Positions 49,001 to 60,962 of a DNA stretch of 64,000 bases are shown one piece after another. Each line of letters begins with the position of its first letter. Position 1 is the stretch's first letter. A program made the position numbers and the translations under genes. The stretch lies in contig NW_005202428.1 in NCBI RefSeq assembly GCF_000372725.1, positions 791,331 to 855,330 on the forward strand, given 5' to 3'. The DNA is from Emiliania huxleyi CCMP1516. Its lineage: Eukaryota. The notes beneath the pieces are model-generated. The model had not been told where the DNA came from, did no database searches, and saw only the letters and a list, made by a program, of their open reading frames with translations.

Positions 49001-50300
49001 CCTCCGCCTCTGCCACCGGAGCCTCCTCCGCCTGCGGCGCATGTGACGAGGCAGCGACGGAGGCTGCGCCGGCGCCGCCGCTCGCGCCGCCCGCGGCCGC
49101 GGCCGCGCCGCCGCCGACGCCCGCGGAGGAGGAGGACGTGCGCTGGATGAGCGGCAGGAGGTCCACCGCCCCTGCTTGAACCTTTGCCGAGGGCGCCGGG
49201 CCGGCCTCAAAGCGCACGGCCGGGCGCGCGCCGCGGTCGGAGGAGCGACTTTGCTGCTCAGCTCCCGCCGGCTCGGCTCCCGCCGGCTCAGCGCCCGCCG
49301 CCACCGCCCCTGCTGTCGCCGCCGCCGCCGCTGTCGCCGCCGCCGCCGCCTCTTCGACCGCCCGCGCGTACGCCACCGCCGCCTCCACCGCCGTGCCGAA
49401 GCTCCCGAGGCTTGGTTTGCCCGACAGTCGCGCATGGTACGGCAAGCGGTTAGAGGGATTCTTGGCCACGCCCTTGTAGCCGGTGGCGGCGGCGCTGGAC
49501 AAGTGCAAGCGCACGCCCTCCGCCTCTGCCACCGGAGCCTCCTCCTCCGCCCGCGGCGCATGCGACGAGGCAGCGATGGAGGCTGAGCGATGCCGCACCG
49601 TCTCGGAAGCTGTCGTGGGTGCATTTGCGCCGGCAGGGAAGAGCCGCTCCCCCTCGGCCGCCGGAGGCCCGCTGCTCGCCTCACGACGCCATTGTACGAG
49701 CTCGCACGGATCGGGCGCCGGGCCGGCCTCAAAGCGCACGACCGACTTTGCGGCGACGGCCTTCGAGGGCGGGCCCTGCGCGCGCTTCTTGCCCGTCATG
49801 ATCTGCCAACGCTGCTCCACGCCCGCCTTGCTCCGCCCGGTACCCATTCGCTCCGCCACCGTCGCCCACGACTTTTCTCCGAGCTCGCTCACAAGCTCCT
49901 TGAGCGACGACTCTTCGGCAGAAGACCATCTGCCCCACTCGCAGATGGCCGGGCCGGCCTCGAAGCGCACGACCGGGCGCGCGCTGCGATTTGAGGAGCG
50001 AGTTTGCTGCTCAGCTCCCGTCGGCTCGGCTCCCGCCGGCTCAGCGCCCGCCGCCACCGCCCCTGCTGTCGCCGCCGCCGCCGCTGTCGCCGCCGCCGCC
50101 GCCTCTTCGACCGCCCGCGCGTACGCCACCGCCGCCTCCACCGCCGTGCCGAAGAAGCCGAGGTGGACGTGCCTTCCGTCCACCCTGTGCTGCGCCTTGA
50201 AGCGCGAGCCGTCCTTGCACACGCCCTTGTAACCGGTGGCGGCGGCGCTGGACAAGTGCAAGCGCAAGCCCTCCGCCTCTGCCACAGGAGCCTCCAACAT
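46064..50300 (-). CDS. Multi-domain chromatin protein: 4 AP2-like, Myb/SANT, MBD, chromodomain, 2 GRF-like Zn fingers, SET, C-terminal Myb and acidic tail
   Basis: TGYxGV...TAVEAAVAYAR x4; WSSAEESSLKELV...VEQRW; DTYFFSPAGKRFRSRIEVARHF; FRVEALLARR...YLVRWEDYPPEHDSWE; CxCG...WWC...GGCxF x2; FGLGLWARAPL, YANHSRSPNA and GGEIRIDY; WGIVASHLPGRTGAECRERW. Introns are needed to join the frames. Confidence 0.8.
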
Positions 50301-50765
50301 TAAGGCCGTTCACTTGTAGTGAGCGTCGGGCTGGTGGTTCGACACCGAGTTTGAAAGATCTGTTTCTCCCTTTTCTCTCTTCACAGGAAAATCCTGTACC
50401 GGACGTGTAGGTAGGTAGGTAGAAAGGTGAAGAACAGCCAGGCTCGGACTGGACACCAACGCGGTATGGGTGGACGCTGGACAGATGATGACGACACGCA
50501 CGAGCGACACACAGACACAAACAAGCTCACAAGACACACAGCCAGCGGGCTGCCACACACCCTGAGTCGACTTACACATAACTCAAGGCCATATCCTCCC
50601 TGTCGCCCCCCCCAGCACTCCACGGTGCCAAGAGTACAAACAAGGGCACAACGACACAACAGACGACAGGAAGTGACATGCGAGGCTAGAGCAGACGCGC
50701 CCCATCAGGGTTTGAAGTCTTCTAAGTAGGTAGGTGGTTGGGTCTGTCGTCTGTGTCGTGCGGAA

Positions 50766-52470
50766 GTTGCGTGAAATCCGGCACGGTTTCACGCCTGCTC
50801 TGCTGAGGGGAGGGGTCGGGCTCATAGCGGCGAGTCGAGCTCCTGCCTCTGGCATATTCCCCATGTGCAGCGAGATGTAACGAACGGACGTCGGCGCAAC
50901 TTCTCGTGGCAGGTGCGTCGCGTTCGTCCCAGCTCTCTGCTCTGGGTTCTGATTTCAGTCGCCAGTCGCCATGGTCGATTTCAACAACCTTCTGAGCAGG
51001 TTCGTGCTTGCGGCTCCTCGAGCGCTCAACGATGAGGTCGCGCAAGGTCAGACCGACGCTGGCGCGACCTTCATCATCGAGAATCCGCCAGACAGAGGCG
51101 ACGGGCCGCTGTATCAGGCGAAGTTCGCGTCGCACGCGCCGCTGTGGCTCGTCCCCGAGGTGGTCGAGCTCGTCCAGCGGACCGGCGCTCGCATGATCAC
51201 GTTCCCACAGTGCGCACTGGGCTCGAGGTACCAGAAATGGACGTCGCTCCTCGTTTCGCCCGAGCTCGAGCCGTTCCTCAGGGACCTTGGCTCGCTGGCG
51301 TGCCAGCACCCGCACGGCCATCCCGCCGTCGCCGTGGGCACGGACTCAGCACGCGCCGCCGCCTACCCGCCCGAGATGAACCGGAGGCTAGCCGAGGCAT
51401 TTGACCGATGGCTTGCCGGTGAGGTGAAGCCGGGTAGGAAGCGCGCCGTCGAGGGCGTGCGTGGCGAGCGACTATCTCAGAGCAAGCGACAGAGGCTGAA
51501 GCGGCGGGCCGCCTCTGGGGGTGACGCAGGCGAGGGGCGAGGTCCTGCCGGGAGCGGAACCCGCCCCGAGTCGGCCGATCCGTCGGATGGTGGTCCCGTA
51601 CACGTTGATACCGAACTGCTGCCAGAGGCGCCGGTCACGCCGGGCCTTGCGGTCGGCTCCGCCGTTCCGCACGCCGGCCCGATCGGCTCGATCGAGGTTG
51701 GGCGTCGCGGGCGGCGAGACGATGCTGTCGACATCACCCGCGCCGGCCCGCTCGGCAACCCCTTTCCAATGGGGAGGCTGATTAGCCGTGGCGCCGCTGC
51801 AGAGTGGGCGCGACGCGCCGTGTGCGCCGCGCACAGGACCTACCTCTACCCCTACTCTACGCGTGCGAGCCGCGTGTGAGTACGGAGGGGCCCATTGCAG
51901 AGGTTGCGTGAAATCCGGCACGGTTTCACGCCTGCTCTGCTGAGGGGAGGGGCCGGGCTCATAGCGGCGAGTCGAGCTCCTGCCTCTGGCCCCCGTATGT
52001 GATATTCCCCATGTGCAGCGAGATGTAACGAACGGACGTCGGCGCAACTTCTCGTTGGCAGGTGCGTCGCGTTCGTCCCAGCTCTCTGCTCTGGGTTCTG
52101 ATTTCAGTCGCCCCACCCTCCGCTCCCTTGCGACTCTGTGATTTGTTCGGTTGTTCCACCCTCAGAGGTGTGTCTTGCAGGCTGTTCTCCCGTCGTCATC
52201 CCTCCGCCTTTCATGTGCATGTTTGCTGCCTGCGTTGTGTCGTGTGTGCCTGTTTGTCCCGGGAGGGGGCTAGGAGGCATCGCCTTCCTCCCCCACGCCA
52301 CGCATGTCAGGCTCGGCCGCCGCGAGGTCTCGCGGCGGCTTGGCTGAGGGTCTCTCTTCGGTTCGCGTATGCCGCAAGAAGGACGCATTACTCAATCTAC
52401 CTCTCTCACCCTCTACCCCTACTCTACGCGTGCGAGCCGCGTGTGAGTACGGAGGGGCCCATTGCAGAGG
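50766..52470 (+). mobile_element. Non-autonomous split-direct-repeat (PAT/Ngaro/DIRS-group) retrotransposon derivative
   Basis: A1 50766-50963, B1 51843-51903, A2 51903-52112 and B2 52410-52470, in A..BA..B order. Confidence 0.8.
50971..51879 (+). CDS. Truncated C5-cytosine methyltransferase-like region fused to a DUF4326-like segment
   Basis: FIIENP, FPQCALGSRYQKWT and SARAAAYPPEMNRRLA (resembling motifs VI, VIII and X), then VDITRAGPLGNPFPMG. The catalytic PC motif is absent. Confidence 0.6.
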   Translation: MVDFNNLLSRFVLAAPRALNDEVAQGQTDAGATFIIENPPDRGDGPLYQAKFASHAPLWLVPEVVELVQRTGARMITFPQCALGSRYQKWTSLLVSPELEPFLRDLGSLACQHPHGHPAVAVGTDSARAAAYPPEMNRRLAEAFDRWLAGEVKPGRKRAVEGVRGERLSQSKRQRLKRRAASGGDAGEGRGPAGSGTRPESADPSDGGPVHVDTELLPEAPVTPGLAVGSAVPHAGPIGSIEVGRRGRRDDAVDITRAGPLGNPFPMGRLISRGAAAEWARRAVCAAHRTYLYPYSTRASRV

Positions 52471-52788
52471 AGAGCTCTTCACGGCCCGAGAGGGGTGCAG
52501 ACGGATACGAGAGGGGTGCAACGGACGAAGGCCGGGCTCGCAGGTTGTCAGCAGCTGGCTCATTGTTACGTGGACCCGTCAACAAATGCCGTTGCCACTC
52601 ATCACCGCAATCGCCCTCACCGCGTCCGGCGAAGCAGCCGTCCCCGAGGATGAGTACGCGGCGCTGCCGGGTGTGGGATGATGGAGAGGGGGGAACGGCA
52701 CTACTTCTGCAGCGTGCACCTCGATCCTGTACCGTGTTTGTTATGACCCCCCCCAATGAACACACCAGAGAGGGAGGGCGAGACGATC

Positions 52789-52841
52789 GAGGGGTCCCGT
52801 ACCACGCGGAATCGACCCTATCCAGTGCTCAAGTGCTCAAG
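52789..52841 (+). repeat. 53 bp repeat, also at ~61189-61242
   Basis: GAGGGGTCCCGTACCAxGCGGAATCGACCCTATCCAGTGCTCAAGTGCTCAAG. Confidence 0.85.
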
Positions 52842-52957
52842 TTGGAGATGGAGTCAGGGCTCGCGTACTCGGAGCGCCGCCTCACCCGGCGCCGCTGGTT
52901 TGAGGCGGTGCGGCGGCGCGTTCATCGGACATCGCCCTCCACGCCGACCCCTGCGCA

Positions 52958-53198
52958 CTTGGAGCACTTGGAGTGCAGTCGGCAGCCTCACATCCAGGGC
53001 CGGGGAGCTAAGAAGCACACCCAGCGAGCCAGATGATCGGGATCGGGTTGCGGGCAAGAGAGCCCTAGCCCTGGGGGGTGCGCGTTCGCAGGGAAGGGCC
53101 GTAAAGTAAACACGGTTCTCCGAGGGTTAGCTCTGCGCTCCGGGTTTCCCCTAGCAGCGGAAAGCCCCCTCTACTCGGAGCTAGTAGACACCAGACAC
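52958..53198 (-). repeat. Inverted copy of the 1391-1631 repeat
   Basis: Aligns by eye across ~240 bp. Confidence 0.85.
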
Positions 53199-53250
53199 TA
53201 GCACGACAACACACACACACTGACATCCCCGCTTGGGAAATTTTGGTGAG

Positions 53251-53880
53251 TCGTCTCAGTCTCACGTGAATTCGTCCCTGTCTCACTCTCAGCGTCTCAG
53301 CGGTGTCTCAATAGATCCATCACTCCGTCTCACTTCCGTCTCACTTCCGTCTCTGACTGCCTTCTCGTCCGTCTCAGCGCGGCAGGCTCCCGAGAGTGCC
53401 GAGATTGCCCAAGATAACCCGTGCAACCTCATGAGGTGGTCGGGGCAGTGTGGCAGGCGCCCGAGAGTACCCGAGATCGCCCTCGTGATGTGGTCTGATG
53501 TGCAGAGTTCACCTCAGGGCACTGGCAGGAGCCCAATCACGCAACCTCGGGCAATCTCGGGTATTCTCGGGCGCCTCCCACTGCCCCGACCACATCACGA
53601 CGTTGCACGGGTACTCTCGGGCAATCTGGGCACTCTCGGGCGCTCTCGGGCGCTCTCGGGCACTCTCGGGAGCCTGTCGCGCTTGAGACGGACGAGAAGG
53701 CAGGAAGAGACTGCGGTGAGACGGAAGTGAGACGGAGTGATGGATCTATTGAGACACCGCTGAGACGGCAGGAAGGAGAGACGGAAGTGAGACGGAAGTG
53801 AGACGGAGTGAAGGATCTATTGAGACACCGCTGAGACGCTGAGAGTGAGACAGGGACGAATTCACGTGAGACTGAGACGA
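53251..53880. mobile_element. MITE/foldback element with ~100 bp TIRs
   Basis: TCGTCTCAGTCTCACGTGAATTCGTCCCTGTCTCACTCTCAGCGTCTCAGCGGTGTCTCAATAGATCC... is mirrored at ~53778-53880. The TSD was not resolved. Confidence 0.85.
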
Positions 53881-54035
53881 ATCAACGTGACGCCCCCGCT
53901 TGGAGCCTCCCCCCGCCCGCTCCGCGCGTACTTTCTTTTTTGTCTCAACTTCTTTGTCTTTGCGACGAATGAGCGCGCTTGAACGCCGATCTGCGTAAAC
54001 GTCCAAAGAAGGGTGTCAAATTCTTTTCCCTCGCG

Positions 54036-55490
54036 ATGTCCACCCCGTCGCGCCGCTCGCGCGGCCTCGCCACCGCCGCCACCGCCGCTCCCTCGCCAGA
54101 CACGCCGCCACCCGCCCGCCTCCTCGACCTCCCCACGGAGCTCCTCGAGCGCGCCCTCTCTCGCTGCGACAACCCCCTCGACATCGCTCGCGTCGCGGCC
54201 GTCTCGCTACTCTTCCACGCCTCGCTCGCGGCGGAAGGCATCCGCTTGTGGGCGCAAGAGCGCGGCTTCGAGCTTCCCGCGCAGCCAGAGGGCGAGAGCT
54301 GCGCCGTGCAGTGGCTGTGCTTCGCTGCGCTGCTGCGCGAGGCCAACCCGCCCGCGAGGGCGGCGGCAGGCCAACGGCACAGCGTCTTCATCGACGGCGA
54401 GGGGCGGCTCTCGTCGTGCGGCTCAGATTACCCTGTTGCCTACTACCTCCCAGGAGGATCAGTGGCGAGCTCCTTCCTCGGCCACGGCGAGGGCGTGGCG
54501 CAGCTCAACACACCGACACGCCTCCCGTCGATGCTGGGCGACGAGCGCGCCGTGAGTGTGCCGTCTGGAATCGCGCACAGCCTGGCCCTCACCGCCGATG
54601 GCGCCGTCTGGAGTTGGGGCTACGGAAGCCATGGCCGGCTAGGTCACAGTGACTGGCAGGCCCAGCTGCTACCCAAGAAGATCGAGGGCTTTGCTGGCCA
54701 GCGCGTCGTGTCTGTGTCGGCGGGGGGTCAGTACAGCCTCGCCCTCACCGCCGACGGCGCTCTCTGGAGCTGGGGCTATGGAGACTTTGGCAGCCTGGGC
54801 CACGGCGACCAGCAGGACCAGCTGCTGCCGAAGAAGCTCGAGGCCTTGGCTGGCCAGCTCGTCGTCGCTGTGTCGGCTGGAACCGCGCACAGCCTGGCTA
54901 TCACCGCCGACGGCGCCGTCTGGAGCTGGGGCTATGGACGCTTTGGCCGTTTGGGCCACAATAACGAGCAGAACCAGCTGCTGCCGAAGAAGGTCGAGGC
55001 CTTTGCAGGGCGGTGCGTCGTCGCTGTGTCGGCTGGGTGGGGGCACAGCCTCGCCATCACCGCAGACGTCAGCGTCTGGAGCTGGGGCGATGGAGTCCTT
55101 GGCAAGCTGGGCCACGGCGACCGGCAGCGCCAGCTGCTACCCAAGAAGATTGAGCCCTTTGCTGACCAGCGCGTCGTCGCTGTGTCGGCTGGAGGCAACC
55201 ACAGCCTCTCCCTCACCGCCGACGGCGCCGTCTGGAGCTGGGGCTGGGGAGGCTTTGGCAGCCTGGGCCACGGCGACCAGCAGGAGCAGCTGCTGCCGAA
55301 GAAGGTCGAGGCCTTGGCTGGTCGGCGCGTCGTAGCTGCGTCGGCGGGAGGCGATTACAGCATCGCCATCGTCTGCGATGATGCCGTCTTCACCTGGGGC
55401 AAGGGCGATGCCGGCTGCCTAGGCCACGGAGAGGACCTGTCGAACCAGCTGCTGCCCAAGAAGATCGAGGCGTGGGCGCCGGGGCAGTGA
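54036..55490 (+). CDS. F-box-like N-terminus plus RCC1-repeat protein (paralogue 1)
   Basis: LLDLPTELLERAL followed by ~7 repeats of VSAGxxHSLALTADGAVWSWGxGxxGxLGHGD; intronless. Confidence 0.9.
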   Translation: MSTPSRRSRGLATAATAAPSPDTPPPARLLDLPTELLERALSRCDNPLDIARVAAVSLLFHASLAAEGIRLWAQERGFELPAQPEGESCAVQWLCFAALLREANPPARAAAGQRHSVFIDGEGRLSSCGSDYPVAYYLPGGSVASSFLGHGEGVAQLNTPTRLPSMLGDERAVSVPSGIAHSLALTADGAVWSWGYGSHGRLGHSDWQAQLLPKKIEGFAGQRVVSVSAGGQYSLALTADGALWSWGYGDFGSLGHGDQQDQLLPKKLEALAGQLVVAVSAGTAHSLAITADGAVWSWGYGRFGRLGHNNEQNQLLPKKVEAFAGRCVVAVSAGWGHSLAITADVSVWSWGDGVLGKLGHGDRQRQLLPKKIEPFADQRVVAVSAGGNHSLSLTADGAVWSWGWGGFGSLGHGDQQEQLLPKKVEALAGRRVVAASAGGDYSIAIVCDDAVFTWGKGDAGCLGHGEDLSNQLLPKKIEAWAPGQ

Positions 55491-55719
55491 GGCAAGGCAA
55501 GATTACATGCACACATGCACATCTCCGCACACCCAGTGCCGCTGCTGCGAGGGACGGCGGCCAGGGGTAGATGGGAAAGGGAGAGGTAAGGTAAGGTAAG
55601 GTAAACTTCTCCACACACACGAGGTGGTGGGGCAAGGGGGGGCAACCCTCGCGTCTCCACGTCTAACGACAGGAGCCCCACGGCATTTAAAGTGCAAGGC
55701 CCGGTGCGCGTGGGTGAGC

Positions 55720-55831
<112 letters not shown>

Positions 55832-56954
55832 ACGTCACTGCATCCTCTGCCGGTTCCTCCCGTCGCCTCTTCTTTGTTCGAATGTTTTTCAATCCATCCT
55901 TCACGAAGCCCTCCCATGTAGCTAGCGTTCTTTGCGAATGTCTCGAGATGGCCAGCAGGCGCTGTCTGTTCGCGGCCTGTGCGGGCCGCTCGTCCTCCTC
56001 GCCCTTCTTTCGTCCTCCCGTCCCTCCCCTCCACCATGGCCTCCTCGGCACTTCTTTCTCCATCCGCCTGCCCTGCCTTTTCGTATTGTGCCGTTCGCCC
56101 TCCATTCGGTGACCTCCATGGCTGTCCGGCTCCTTTTGGGTGGCGCTCTCGATACCGTTGCGTCAACCTCGACGTCGCTGTCGCCCTCCCCGTCCCCGCC
56201 GTCGCCCGTGCCTCGGTTCGCGTCATTGGTAGCGTTTCCGTTGCCTCCTCGTGCTCCGCCGTCGCTTTCTCTGCTCGGGCCGTTCGCGATTTCGCTCTTC
56301 CTGCGTGTCGCCCCTCCGTCTCCCCCCCTGCCTTCGTCGTCATCGTCGCTGTCGCGAAAGCCCTCACGAAAGGGAGAGCAAAAGGGTCGCAGCAAAAGCG
56401 GGATCCAGCGGTGTGTCCATAATGTGTGTGTCCGGTCGATCGTCGATGCGCCAGGTCTGGCAGGAAAATCCGTCTTCACATGCACATGCACATGTGCATG
56501 TGCATGCACATGCACATGTGTCGGACTCGGAGTCGGGGCGAGAGAGAGAGTGGCGGTGGGGGTCATCGAAAAAGGCGGCGAATATTAGTGGATGATGACA
56601 TGACGCAAAAATGCCAACTCGTGTACATCGCGGGAATCCCGCCCGCTCCCGCATCCCGACCCTGTGGTGTGCGGACTTCGCTCATTGCACATTGGCCCGC
56701 TCTGCGGTGCGGCGCGCCGAGCCGCTCGGCGTACACAGTAACGCGCCGTGACGGCGCGAGAGCCTCGGCCCTCGCACGTCTCTCGCCGCGTCATGAGAAT
56801 GACGACAATGATGATTCCACACGCACGAGATTTGTTGGTCTCTGCACATATTACACAAAGAAACCACTCACGGTATCTAGATAGCATGCAGTTGACGCAC
56901 ATCCAAAATGTGAAAAGACAATGCTCATGCATGGACTAGATCTACATCGAAGAT

Positions 56955-59217
56955 CTACATGCCTGGCGGCGGGCGCTGAAGGAATGCTTCTTCGAGGTTG
57001 GCCATGATGAGGCGGCAGAGCTGCGTCATCGGGACGATCTCGAAGGGCTGCTCCACCTGCACGCCGACCTCCTCGATCCCGATGAAGACGTAGGAGGTGA
57101 CAAAGACCCAGAAGCCGACCGCCGACGGCGCCATCGTGCCGGCGAGGACGAGAGGCAGCCCAAACCTGCGGTGCGAGTGAGCGACAGCAGCGTCGCATGA
57201 ATGAGTGCTGGGACTCATGCCACACCCATGGCGTGAATCCGATGGACTATAGCCGAACCCGCGACTTCTCGAGCGTCAGCTACAGTGCGAGTGCGAATGT
57301 GTGTGTCCCGCATCTGGGACCACATGCAGCCAGAGGACCATACAGCGCACGACGTGGCGCGACATTGTCGGCGGCACGGGCGACGAGAAGAGGCGCTCGC
57401 AGCTGCTGGCGACGAGGTTGAGCTCGCTCACGTTCTGCGGAGGGAGGGGGGGCGGAGGGAAAGGCTCAGCAGCGTTTTCATATGCGCGAGCGTGTGTGCG
57501 CGAGCGTGCGCGCGTGAGCGTGTGGTCGCCGTGGTTGCTTGCGGTGTGCCGGTGTGTCTCGAGAGCGCGAGCTCACGCCTCCTCGAGCTTGCGGTGCACG
57601 TGCGTCGGCAAATTGCCTTCGCGCCATTGGGCGTGGAGCGCGCGCCTACGGGGCATGTCCAGGAGACGTCAGGGGCATGTCGCGGAAGCGGCTGCCGCCC
57701 ACTGGGTCGAGCGCCGGAGGGCCCCGAGCAGCTGCAGCGGGCGGGAGCGCTGCGCCGCCATCCACTCCGCCTGCGGGTTGCAAGAGGGGCGGGGCGGGGG
57801 GGGGCTTGGCACCGGACCCGGAACCGAAGGGTGATGGAGGCTAGTCCATCCGTGGCCCCCCTGCCCTCCCGCCCTTGCGCTGCTGTCCTGCCCGCCCGCC
57901 CGCTGCCCTCCCGCCCGCCCGTCTCCCTTGCGCGCCTCCTCGGCGGTGAAGAGGGCGCGGAGGATGTCGTCGGGCAGCGTGGGGCCTACACACAGCCACC
58001 CCGCCTAGTCTGAAGAGGCGCGGAGGCGGAGACGGGTGGCGGCGAGGCGAGGGGCGAATGCCGGTGAGCTTCGCGTTGAGCTCCCAGCTGAAGGCTGCGA
58101 GGTAGCGGCAGGAGGCCGCCGCCCCCTCGGCCGCCCCCTCCATCTCCTCCTCCTTGCTCGCCACCCTGCGGTCGAACAGGAGCGCCGTGGCTACTCCCTG
58201 TGCCACCTGCCGCAGCGCCGCGAGGCAGGGAATGGGAGGGCGGCGGAGGCGGCGCAGGCAGGAGGCGGAAGAGGCGAGGCTGGCTGCGGCAGGGCGAGCC
58301 GAGAGGCAGGGAGCGGGAGGGCGAGAGGCGGCGCAGGCAGGAGGCGGAAGAGGCGAGGCTGGCTGCGGCAGGGCGAGCCGAGAGGCAGGGAGCGGGAGGG
58401 CGAGAGGCGGCGCCACCAGCGGGCTCTGGCTCAGGAGGCGTGTCTCGGCGGGGAGGGGCGTCCTCGCTCTGTGCCGGCGGCGGCGCGCCTCGCGAGTCAG
58501 GTAGATTGCGCGGCCCCACAGCGTGCGCGCCTGACCGCGGTGCGAGAGAGGCGCGTGAGGCTTGGGTGCGATTGTGTGCGAGGGCTTGGCGAGGGGGGGG
58601 GGGGGGCGAAGGCGGTGGGCGGTGGCGTTGCGGCGCGGTGGTGGGACAGGAATCAAGGCGCACGCCTCCGCGAGGCGCTGGTACGTGTTGTTTGTGCGGA
58701 AGACTAGCAGGAGCCCGAGCGCTTGCCCAAACAACGACATGGGCACTGGCGAGGTGCGGGGCAGCAGCGCCGCCGGTAGCGAGGCGACGGCATAGGCCCA
58801 GAGGGCAGCGAGGAGGCTCAGCTTCCACAGCGCGCGCAGCACCGTCGAGTAGCGCCACGTGACGATCGCGCGCATCCACCTCTCGAGCGGCTCTGTCCCA
58901 GAGTACTCGCGCCAGTCGGCGTGCGAGAAGAGTCGGGTGTAGGACGGCTCTCCAGAGATGGACCCGGATACCTTGTAGGTCGGATTGAGGCCAGCATTTT
59001 CCCAGAGCTTGAACTGCACCTCCGCCGAGTCATCCGCAGGACGGATGGAGCGCACGACCTCGAGCTGCTCTGCCAGCAGCGCAATTGCGCCTAGCGTCGG
59101 CGGCGCCGTCCTGCGGGCCGGATGAACGCGCGAGAGGCGCGACTGCGCGGTGAAGCTGAGGCTCTGCGTCGTTGAAGCTGCCAGCAGGACGCCAAGGGGG
59201 GCGCAGCAGCGGCGCAT
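56955..59217 (-). CDS. Bestrophin-like (UPF0187/YneE; plastid BST/VCCN-like) anion channel, multi-exon
   Basis: GLLLVFRTNNTYQR, WGR, CERLFSSPVPPTMSRH and GIEEVGVQVEQPF motifs; bipartite signal/transit-like N-terminus. Confidence 0.9.
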
Positions 59218-59349
59218 CGGTGGTGGCCGGCCTGGAGGAAATAGGCAAATAGCACCAACTCGGCCGAGAAAAAAAAGATTAAATAAAAAAAACCAGCGGG
59301 ACATTATGCACTCCAAGTTTGGATGGACAGGATTATCGAGCAACACTTC

Positions 59350-60962
59350 TCACCGCGGCTTGGTCCTCGCCGTGAGGAAGGTGGCGGCGAGAAGCAGGTA
59401 CGCCGGTGGGCCGATCGTCATTCCCCCCTCATCCACAGGTAGCAGCCGCCGCGCGCTGCGAAACGGCCGGGTAACGTCGTCAGCGACGAGGCCGTTGCGC
59501 GCGAGCAGGGCCTCCTCGCCCCCCCGCGGCATGCCGGTGAGGAGTGGCTCGCCTGAGAGGGACGGGACGCGGCGGCGTGAGGGGGAGGAGGGTGGGGGTC
59601 GAGGGTGGGGGCGGGCGCACGAGCGAGGGGGCGGAGCGAGGGTGCGGTGCGGGTGGCAGCGGTGCGGGTGATGCCGCGGGTCGTGCAGGTGATCTCGGGT
59701 GATCTCGGCGCGCCGTAGACGCGCGCAAGGAGCGGGCCCGAGACGGCGACCATCCAGTCGGCAAAGCAGTCGAAGCCAAGGACGGCGTCGCTGCACGAGG
59801 TTGCGATCCGCCGCAGCGTCGCGTCGACGGCCTCGGCAGGCAGATAGTAGAAGACGCCTACTCTCGGAAATCTCGGCTAATCTCGCGGTCTCGCGCGTAG
59901 TCTGCGCAGGCAGCTGGTGGAGGAGGACAGCCCTCCCAGATGAAGACGGTCCGCCGGCGCGGGTCGAACCCGGCGTCGCACAAGCATTGGAACCAGTCCG
60001 AGTGGGCAAAGTCGACCGGCACAAACGTGACGTGGGAGCAGTCGACGCCGGCGCGGCTCAGGCTCTCTCGCTTGAGCGCCTGCGTGGTCGGCGCATCGAC
60101 CTGGCGAGCGGCGGGGAGGGTGGGGGGGGGGGGGGGGGTAGGGGGGTGGTGGGAGGCGGGCGAAAAAAGGCGGGTGCGGCGGTGGCGAGGCGGGCGCCAC
60201 CACCGTGGCGGCTCGCGCGCGGGGGTGACGCCTCGAAGCAGCGAGCGGTCTTGCCGATGTCGAGCCGGTAGCAGCGCGTGTCGAAGCCGGCGCCTGTGGG
60301 AAGATGCAGCAAAATCCCTGTGCAGTTCCTGGGAGCCGGCAGCGCTGTCGAGGCAGAACGCCGAGGATGACCAGCTGCTCGACGCTCCCGCCGCCCGACG
60401 CCTCGCCGCCCGCAACAGCATCAAGGTAGACGGTGCGCGCCTGCATGTAGAGCACAAAGTCGTCGAAGCAGCCGCAGGCTCCGCCGCCAATCCGGCCCGT
60501 GACGAAGTACTCCCACCTCTCGATCGCGCCCCTCGCCCGGAGAAAGGCGGAAGGCAGGTCCTCGTAGAAGAGGTGAGTGAAAGCGCCGGCGAGGTGGTCG
60601 GGGCCAAACCCCAGCTCCGCGGCCCGAAAGCGGAGGAGGGCAACCGCCTTCGCTGTCCCGGAGGCCGAGCGCTGGACACGGTCGGTGGCGCTGCTGCTGA
60701 AGAGGCCCCGGATGACGAAGGGCCAGCCGAGCGGCAACGTGGCTAGGTTGAGTGCGATCCAAATGGGCGAAGTGCAGAGAGGCAAAACTGTGCGGCAGCG
60801 GAAGCACTGTGCGAGTCCAAGCGACTCGGAAGCGTAGCGCATGCTCAAGCAGAAGGTCGAGGAGATGCTCGGCGGAGTGAATCGTTTGGGCTGAGCGCCG
60901 GCACGGGTCATCGATTGGTCCGACGGTGGTGCGCCCTCGGTCGTCGAGGGCCGTCTGGACAT
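59350..60962 (-). CDS. Leucine carboxyl methyltransferase-family SAM-dependent methyltransferase, multi-exon
   Basis: ARTVYLD, QLVILG|AGFDTRCYRL, VDAPTTQALKR, FVPVDF and TVFIWEG motifs. Confidence 0.85.
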
